Below are positions 48,916 to 55,728 of a stretch of DNA of 64,000 nt, piece after piece. The position numbers and the translations under genes were made by a program. The stretch is from Candidatus Sumerlaeaceae bacterium (GTDB lineage: Bacteria; Sumerlaeota; Sumerlaeia; Sumerlaeales; Sumerlaeaceae): assembly GCA_049968255.1 (NCBI GenBank), contig JBMFRB010000006.1:167800-231799 (forward strand), read 5' to 3'. Each line of letters starts with the position of its first letter. Positions within the stretch are counted from its first letter, which is position 1. The notes beneath the pieces were generated by a model. That model was not told the DNA's origin, ran no database searches, and saw nothing but the letters and a program-made list of their open reading frames with translations.

Positions 48916-50952
48916 TCACCTCGCTGCCACTTCGGTGCTTTCTGCCATGGCGAGCTGCCTTTCGATTTCTTCCACAACGCCCTCAACTGTCGCTTCGCTG
49001 ATGAGGTTTCTTCCCACGGCGACGTTTGGGCCGTTGCGGCAGTTTTCGAAGCAGAAGGTTCCTTTGACAGCAACTTTGTCCTCCCAGCCGCGGGCTTGGC
49101 ATGCTTGCACAAGCTGGTTGATCAGGTTGCGGCTGCCGCGCAGGAAACAGTTCGTACCCACGCAAACGGTCACGTTGAGGCGCGCTGCTTTGGGGCGCAC
49201 GATGTCCACAGGCTCTGCAGCCACGCGTCGGCGGCTCAGGTAGTGCGTATGCAGGAGTTCATGTGCTTTGGGGCTGGCCGGCGCTTCCAGGACAGTGCGA
49301 TAGCACTCCATAACTGCGGGGTTTTGTTGGGCAGTATGGATCTCGACGCAACGGTCAATATCGTAGAGGGCTGCTGCGCGCTTGGCGATGGTGTTGCGCC
49401 GCGTGGAGACTGGCTGGCCGGCTCCTCCCACGCAACCCATAGGACATGCCATGACCTCGATGAGATCGTAGGAGGACTCGCCGGCAACGACTTTCTCTGC
49501 AATCCGGCGCGCGTTGGCTAGGCCATGTACCACGGCAATGCTGATTGGCATTCCGCCGATTTCGATCTTTGCTTCGCGTATGCCCTCGGTGCCACGGACT
49601 TCCTGGAACTCAATTCGTACGAGGTCGGTGGCGTAAGTTTTGGAAACGACATAGCGCAGAACGGCCTCGGCCACGCCACCTGTTGTTCCGAATATAATTC
49701 CGGCACCGGACTTCTGGCCAAACGGCAGATCCATTGGCTCGGGACGTATTGAGGCCAGATCGAGCCCTTGGGCCTCGATCATCGCAATCAGTTCTTGTGT
49801 TGTGAGGACGTAGTCCACCTCACGCCGGCCGTTACGCGTGAACTCTGGCCGCCGTGCTTCGAATTTCTTGGCTGTGCACGGCATGATGGATACACACACT
49901 AGCTGCTGGGGCTCGACGCCCAGCGCGGTGGGTAATGTGGCCTTGGCAAGCGAACCGAACATCTGCTGTGGAGAGCGGCACGAGCTTAGGTGGCCAAGCA
50001 AAGACGGAAAGTACTGCTCGGCAAACTTCACCCACGCCGGACAGCAGGAGGTAAACATAGGCAGTTTGCCGCCTTGCTCTTTGCGCTGTAAAAACTCCGT
50101 GCCTTCCTCGATCACTGTGAGATCAGCGGCAAAACAAGTATCATAAACTTGGGCGAATCCGAGCCTGCGCAACGCCGCGGCAATCTGGCCCGTGGCCACC
50201 GTGCCGCTGGGCAAACCTAAAGCTTCGCCCGCAGCAACGCGAACAGCTGGGGCAATCTGGGCGATCACTTTTTTGGTGGGATCGGCCAGAACCTGCCACA
50301 CTTGCTCGATTTCCTGCCGAGCTACGATCGCCCCAGTGGGGCAGACGGCTGCGCATTGGCCGCAATGGACGCACTCGCTGCTACCGAGCGGCCGCCCCAA
50401 CGCCGGCGTGACTACTGTTCGGCTACCACGAAAAGCAAAGTCTAGCGCCCCCACGGACTGGACTTCACGGCACACGCGCACGCAATCGCCGCAGAGAATG
50501 CAGCGGTTCGGATTTCGTTCGAGTGCCGGCGAAGACTTATCCAGCGGCAGGCCGGCGATGGTCGTTTTGAAGCGGACCTCGCGCACTCCCAAACGGCGCG
50601 CTAGGGATTGAAGTTTGCACGCGGCGTTTTTCGGACAAGTGGGACAATCACGGTCGTGACTGGCCAACAACAGTTCAACAGCCACGCGACGCATCTCTCG
50701 AATTTCAGGTGACGTGGTGCGCACACGCATGCCAGGCTTGGGAACCGTGGTGCACGAGGTGACAATGCCCAGCCCCTCGACCTCGACAAGACAAAGGCGG
50801 CATGCGCCATAGACGCTGAGATGAGAATGATAGCAAAATGTGGGGATATCAATGTCGGCCTTGCGGCATACTTCGAGTAAATTCCGCTCGCGACCAAATG
50901 GGATTTCTCGACCATCTATGATAAGTTTGTTTTGCTGCGCGTATGGGGTCAT
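48916..50952 (-). CDS. hydA: [FeFe]-hydrogenase catalytic subunit, group A3
   Basis: 2Fe2S, His-ligated 4Fe4S, two 4Fe4S, TSCCPAW, MPCTAKKFE, EVMACPMGCVGGAGQP and a C-terminal thioredoxin-like 2Fe2S domain (CVGTNC...CFENC). Confidence 0.96.
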   Translation of the reverse strand: MTPYAQQNKLIIDGREIPFGRERNLLEVCRKADIDIPTFCYHSHLSVYGACRLCLVEVEGLGIVTSCTTVPKPGMRVRTTSPEIREMRRVAVELLLASHDRDCPTCPKNAACKLQSLARRLGVREVRFKTTIAGLPLDKSSPALERNPNRCILCGDCVRVCREVQSVGALDFAFRGSRTVVTPALGRPLGSSECVHCGQCAAVCPTGAIVARQEIEQVWQVLADPTKKVIAQIAPAVRVAAGEALGLPSGTVATGQIAAALRRLGFAQVYDTCFAADLTVIEEGTEFLQRKEQGGKLPMFTSCCPAWVKFAEQYFPSLLGHLSSCRSPQQMFGSLAKATLPTALGVEPQQLVCVSIMPCTAKKFEARRPEFTRNGRREVDYVLTTQELIAMIEAQGLDLASIRPEPMDLPFGQKSGAGIIFGTTGGVAEAVLRYVVSKTYATDLVRIEFQEVRGTEGIREAKIEIGGMPISIAVVHGLANARRIAEKVVAGESSYDLIEVMACPMGCVGGAGQPVSTRRNTIAKRAAALYDIDRCVEIHTAQQNPAVMECYRTVLEAPASPKAHELLHTHYLSRRRVAAEPVDIVRPKAARLNVTVCVGTNCFLRGSRNLINQLVQACQARGWEDKVAVKGTFCFENCRNGPNVAVGRNLISEATVEGVVEEIERQLAMAESTEVAAR

Positions 50953-50976
50953 TGGTCTTTCTCCTCGCTCGCTGAG

Positions 50977-52911
50977 TTAGGCATAAGTGATGGCATCAAG
51001 CTTGCAGGCGCTGAAACAGGCTCCGCAGCGAATGCAGCGCTCTTGATCGATGACGTGGGGTTTCTTGCGCTCGCCGCTAATGGCCCCCACGGGACACGCT
51101 CGGATACATAGGCCACAGCCGCGGCACTTCTCAGCGATGATGGTGGGCACGGCTAGAGCCTTGCATTGACCAGCCGGGCAGCGCTTGCGGTGGATGTGTG
51201 CTTCATACTCATGGCGGAAATAGCGCAACGTCGAGAGCACGGGATTGGGGGCGGTTTTGCCAAGGCCGCAAAGCGATCCCTTCTGCACCGTGCGGGCGAC
51301 GACTTCCAGCAATTCCAACGTTTGCGGCGTGCCGCGTCCCTCGATGATGTCGTCGAGCAGGGCGAGCATTTGCTTTGTTCCCTCGCGGCAGAGGACGCAT
51401 TTGCCGCAGCTTTCGTTTTGCGTGAACTGCATGAAGAAGCGCGCCACTTGCACCATGCAGGTCTGAGAGTTCATCACGACAAGCCCGCCGGATCCCACCA
51501 TGGCGCCGACACTCTTGAGGCTGTCGAAATCGAGGGGCAGGTCGAGATGCTCGTGAGTCAGGCAGCCGCCGGAGGGTCCGCCAATCTGTACGGCCTTGAA
51601 AGCGTCTTCGCGGATACGCCCCTTGCCGTCGGTCACCCCTCCACCGATGTCGAAAATGATGTGACGCAGCGTGGCGCCGAACGGCACCTCGATGAGGCCG
51701 GTGTTGGGCACATGTCCGGTGAGTGCAAAGGTTTTTGTTCCGGGGCTGGATGGTGTCCCAAGCGCGCGAAATCTCTGCGGCCCCTCGCGGATAATGAGCG
51801 GGACGGTAGCCAACGTCTCCACGTTATTGATCACCGTTGGCTTTCCCCAAAGACCCGACTGAGCAGGGAATGGCGGCTTGGGGCGCGGCATACCTCGCTG
51901 CCCCTCAATTGAAGCGATGAGAGCGGTCTCCTCGCCGCAGACGAAGGCCCCAGCGCCCTCCATCAGCTCGATATCCACGGCATAGTTGGTCCCAAAAAGG
52001 TCATCGCCCAAGAGCCCCACTTCGTAGGCGTCGTCAATTGCTCGGCGCAGCCGGTGGACAGCCAAGGGATACTCGGCACGAACGTAGAGGTAACCCTTAT
52101 GGGCGCCAATCGCTCGGGCTGCAATCAACATTCCCTCGATTACCGCGTGGGGATTGCCTTCCATGACACTGCGATCCATGAAGGCCCCTGGGTCACCTTC
52201 GTCGCCGTTGCAGATGACATACTTGATGTCGCCGGGCTGTTGACGAGCTGCGTCCCATTTCAGGCCGGTCGGGAAACCACCACCTCCTCGGCCGCGCAGA
52301 CCCGCCTCTGTGATGATTTGGCAAATCTGAGCAGGAGTGAGTTGGATGAAAGCTTGCTGCGCAGCGCTGTAGCCACCTAGGCCAATATATTCAAGGATGT
52401 TTTCGGGATCGATCAGACCACATTGGGCTAACACTAAGCGATGTTGCTTTGTGTAAAAATCAATTTGCTCAGTGTTGACCACGCGCTTTTTCGTGCGCGA
52501 GTCCACGAATAGCAGATGATCGACCGTCTCGCCGCCTAGTAGCGTCTTTTGGACAATCTCTGGGACGTCTTCTGGTTTCACGCGGACGTAGAAAACGTTC
52601 TGGGGAAGGATGGAGACGAGCGGCCCCATCTGGCAAAACCCCTGGCAGCCGCTGCGGCTTACCAGGAACTTGGCGGGGATGCGGTCGGTTGGCTCAGACT
52701 GTCCCTCGACAGCCTCAGCTTTGAGCTGGACCTCGACATCCAGGCCCCACTTGGCAATTTCGTGCAGAAGGGCTTCGTAGACCTTCAGGGAACCGCTAGC
52801 CACGCAGCCGGTGCCGGCGCAGACGATCACGCGTTGACGGATGTTGCGGGTGGCCCGGCGATATTCCTCGGCCATGGCTTCCAGGTCCGCAGTGCGTACA
52901 ACGGTTGTCAT
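50977..52911 (-). CDS. hydB: Diaphorase subunit (NuoF-like) of bifurcating hydrogenase
   Basis: CAGTGC, GLRGRGGGGFPTG, DEGDPGAFMDR, CGEETAL, GGPSGG, CGKCVLCREG and two C-terminal 4Fe4S motifs. Confidence 0.95.
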   Translation of the reverse strand: MTTVVRTADLEAMAEEYRRATRNIRQRVIVCAGTGCVASGSLKVYEALLHEIAKWGLDVEVQLKAEAVEGQSEPTDRIPAKFLVSRSGCQGFCQMGPLVSILPQNVFYVRVKPEDVPEIVQKTLLGGETVDHLLFVDSRTKKRVVNTEQIDFYTKQHRLVLAQCGLIDPENILEYIGLGGYSAAQQAFIQLTPAQICQIITEAGLRGRGGGGFPTGLKWDAARQQPGDIKYVICNGDEGDPGAFMDRSVMEGNPHAVIEGMLIAARAIGAHKGYLYVRAEYPLAVHRLRRAIDDAYEVGLLGDDLFGTNYAVDIELMEGAGAFVCGEETALIASIEGQRGMPRPKPPFPAQSGLWGKPTVINNVETLATVPLIIREGPQRFRALGTPSSPGTKTFALTGHVPNTGLIEVPFGATLRHIIFDIGGGVTDGKGRIREDAFKAVQIGGPSGGCLTHEHLDLPLDFDSLKSVGAMVGSGGLVVMNSQTCMVQVARFFMQFTQNESCGKCVLCREGTKQMLALLDDIIEGRGTPQTLELLEVVARTVQKGSLCGLGKTAPNPVLSTLRYFRHEYEAHIHRKRCPAGQCKALAVPTIIAEKCRGCGLCIRACPVGAISGERKKPHVIDQERCIRCGACFSACKLDAITYA

Positions 52912-53426
52912 TGTGCGTCCTCCTCTTGCTGCGCGATTTTGTCCACGAGCTCGACTGCTTGCGAAGGTGTGAGATTGCCATGGACACCATCATCGATCAC
53001 AACGACGGGAGCCAGGCCACATGCACCAAGGCAGGAGACGGTCTCGAGCGAGAATTGCATGTCATCGGTCGTGGTGGACGAACCTTCCAGCTTCAGGCGC
53101 TCGCGCAGGGCCTCGAGGATTGCCGTGGAGCCCTTTACGTGGCAAGCCGTACCGTCGCAGACCCTGATCTGGTGCTTGCCTTTGGGCTCGAGCGTGAAGT
53201 GCGCGTAGAAGGTGGCTACACCGTAAACATGGGCGGAGGGGAGGCCGAGAGCTGTCGCCACATATTCGAGAGCTTCAGGGGGAAGGTACCGATAGACCTG
53301 TTGAACTTGTTGAAGAATCGGCACCAGGAGATTTGGGTTTCGCTCGAAGCGATCGAGAATTTCGCAGAGTTGCTGAAAGCGGGCAGCGTTGGATTGACGT
53401 TCAACTTCGCAAGCACATGGCGCCAT
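52908..53426 (-). CDS. hydC: NuoE-like 2Fe2S subunit of hydrogenase
   Basis: VATFYAHF, CDGTACHVKG and CLGACGLAP. ATGA overlap with hydB; start uncertain. Confidence 0.93.
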   Translation of the reverse strand: MAPCACEVERQSNAARFQQLCEILDRFERNPNLLVPILQQVQQVYRYLPPEALEYVATALGLPSAHVYGVATFYAHFTLEPKGKHQIRVCDGTACHVKGSTAILEALRERLKLEGSSTTTDDMQFSLETVSCLGACGLAPVVVIDDGVHGNLTPSQAVELVDKIAQQEEDAQ

Positions 53427-53434
53427 AGAGGGTA

Positions 53435-54190
53435 CTAGGTGACCTCCTTCTTGGGAATGGTGGGGGCGAGGGACAGCACGCCCAGGGTGAGGGCACGCGT
53501 GAGCACGGCTAAGCTGGCAGAAAAATCCGCCCGCTCGACGAGGACATTTTCCGGCAGTTGCAAAGCGGCGCTGGTGAAATTCCAAATGGCTTTCACGCCG
53601 CCGGCAGCCATCATCTCGGCAACGCTTTGCGCAGCGCTGGCTGGCACAGTGAGGATGCCCAAGGGAATGCTTCGCTGACGCAGGAAGCTGGTGAGGTAGC
53701 CGATGGGCATGATCTCGCGTCCGTGCACCACGAGCCCCACCTTTTCCGGTGCGGCGTCGAAGGCCCCAACGATGTTCAATCCGTAGAGCGAGAAATTATA
53801 GCCAAGGAGAGCCGTCCCCAGGCTGCCAACGCCAACAAGCACGGCCTCGGTCGTCCGACGCCACCCAAGGAAGTCTTCGATGGCAGCGATAAGCTCGGCA
53901 ATAGGGTACCCCACCTTGGGGCGCCCCGAGATCTGCGTCAGCGCCAAGTCTTTGCGGACCTGTGTGGGATCGAAACGTAGATCTGCGGCAAGTTGCGTGC
54001 ATGAGACGACAGTTCGGCCCCGGGCCTGGTAATCCCGGAGAAGTCGGAGATAAAGCGGGAGGCGCCTGACGGAGGGCGTGGGGACCGTCTTTGGTTTTGC
54101 GTTGGTTATTTGTTTGCTCAGTGTGCCGGCACCCATCTCCTGGGTTTCCCTCGCCTCGCTGTCGAGAATTTTTTCTCGTTTCGTTGTCAT
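53435..54190 (-). CDS. rex: Redox-sensing repressor Rex
   Basis: RRLPLYLR, QVRKDL...GRPKVGY, VGVGSLGTAL, LTVP..AAQ and AIWNF. GGAGG RBS before ATG 54190; N-terminal extension of about 30 aa. Confidence 0.95.
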   Translation of the reverse strand: MTTKREKILDSEARETQEMGAGTLSKQITNAKPKTVPTPSVRRLPLYLRLLRDYQARGRTVVSCTQLAADLRFDPTQVRKDLALTQISGRPKVGYPIAELIAAIEDFLGWRRTTEAVLVGVGSLGTALLGYNFSLYGLNIVGAFDAAPEKVGLVVHGREIMPIGYLTSFLRQRSIPLGILTVPASAAQSVAEMMAAGGVKAIWNFTSAALQLPENVLVERADFSASLAVLTRALTLGVLSLAPTIPKKEVT

Positions 54191-54329
54191 GATAGTCCTC
54201 CAATAGAGAAATTATTCTCTAAATTGTGTAGTTTGTTGCTTTGATTAAAATTGCGCCTTCGCTTTTTGGATCTTTACCCGGATCAGCGAAAGCTAAAGAC
54301 CCCATAATTGGAGAATTGCTTCTCTAATT
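54163..54329. promoter_or_regulatory. Three GAGAA-N4-TTCTC palindromes, putative operators of the rex-hyd operon
   Basis: CGAGAA-TTTT-TTCTCG (54163-54178), TAGAGAA-ATTA-TTCTCTA (54204-54221) and AATTGGAGAA-TTGC-TTCTCTAATT (54306-54329). Confidence 0.7.
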
Positions 54330-54986
54330 GAGGCCGGCTAAAAATTCGATAGCTGCTTGCGGATCGTGTCCGTAATGAGCGCCAATGCTCCGCGCGAAAG
54401 ACTCACTGACCGGAGCTCCACCGACGATCACTGGGATGTCGAGCTCGCAACGGCGCAAGGACTCTATGACGACGGGCATCTGCTGCATGGTCGTGGTCAA
54501 CAAGGCGGAGAGCCCTAGGGCCAGGGGCCGATGCTGGCGAACGGCCTCGACGAACTGTTCGGCTGGGACGCTCGTTCCGAGATCCACCACCTCCCACCCA
54601 GCGCCCTCGACCATGATTTTCACTAGATTTTTGCCGATATCGTGGACGTCGCCTTGCACAGTCCCAAGAACAAAAATCCCGCGACGTGGGACAGCGGCGC
54701 TTGCAAGGTGGGGCTTGAGAAGCTCGACGCCAGCTTTCATCGCTTTCGAGGCCATGAACACCTCGGGGAGAAAAATTTCTCCCGTGCAGAAGCGGCGCCC
54801 AACAATCTCCATCCCTGCCATAAGCCCATGGACGAGGATGCGCTGGGCTTCAATCCCTCCGGAGATTGCCTGCGTCACTTTTTCCGCCACACCCGCTTGT
54901 CCAGCCAGCGTAGGCGGATATTTCGATTGTGCATTGGCGTGTCCCATCGCCACGAGGTCTGCTATCTCTTTCAGGAGTTCCATCAC
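54324..54986 (-). CDS. Stand-alone corrinoid (B12-binding) protein, MtbC/MetH cap+Cob type
   Basis: GMEIVGRRF..GEIFLPEV, GTVQGDVHDIGKNLV (DxHxxG), LSALLTTTM and VGGAP. Confidence 0.92.
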   Translation of the reverse strand: MMELLKEIADLVAMGHANAQSKYPPTLAGQAGVAEKVTQAISGGIEAQRILVHGLMAGMEIVGRRFCTGEIFLPEVFMASKAMKAGVELLKPHLASAAVPRRGIFVLGTVQGDVHDIGKNLVKIMVEGAGWEVVDLGTSVPAEQFVEAVRQHRPLALGLSALLTTTMQQMPVVIESLRRCELDIPVIVGGAPVSESFARSIGAHYGHDPQAAIEFLAGLN

Positions 54987-55728
54987 GATTCTCCCTTAGT
55001 TTTTGGTTTTGACTGCGCTCGTTCTCGTGTCTGCTGAGAGGAAACAGCGAGAAAACCCCTGGCCGTCGCACGCGCGGAGCGCTCGTCCACCTTGCAATGA
55101 CGTAAGCCTAAATCGGGTCAGCGCAGCGCACGTACGACGGTGCACCTGTCATTTTGCGAGCTCCTCGTCTAATGTGAGGATTTATTTCTCTTCCCGAGCG
55201 TCGGATGTCAAGACAAGGCGCCATAGCGCAAAGAGATGAGGGCGCTCAGTACCTCCAATGGCGGAGATTCGGACGAGTGGTGGTGCGACGACGCTCTTTT
55301 CTCCGTGCGTCGCGGTGGGGACGACGAAGAGATGTTTCGCGAAACAAGCCAGGGATGTGCTCGTCAGGAGCACATCGAAGCGTGGCAGAGAGAAAGAGAG
55401 TGAGGCTCCAAAGAGAGTCCGCCGAGTAGTGAACATTTGGCCAGAAGAGTGGCCCTCTGGCTCGTTAAGCTGGGCAGCAACACGCTTTTTCTGCCGACGA
55501 TTGCTCGGAAAGACCTTGCTGGGCTGTGGGGCCATCCGGAGCAACGAGCGTCCCGCCTACGAAAGACTCGTGCCTTCGTTTGGGGCCGAAGTGGTGTTGG
55601 CTTTGCGGCGGTGTGATCATTTCTTCATAGTTCTGGCTCGATGACTACGCTTTGCTGCCAAGCATAGCAGCTCCGCCGTGAACGTGGCGTGTTGACATAT
55701 GCAGTCCTCAGTGGCGAGGATCGCGACC

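Noticed and set aside
54224-54241. TTGTGTA... as a canonical Rex box
   Set aside because: Only the left half resembles TTGTGAA; the right half does not match TTCACAA.
54987-55700. Cobalamin riboswitch upstream of the corrinoid gene; ORFs 55258-55644 and 55182-55544
   Set aside because: B12-box and core motifs are not found in order; the ORFs overlap each other, lack motifs and have non-protein-like composition.
45986-55728. Hydrogenase block as a tRNA-Thr-integrated genomic island
   Set aside because: No integrase, no duplicated tRNA 3' end seen and no obvious compositional shift.
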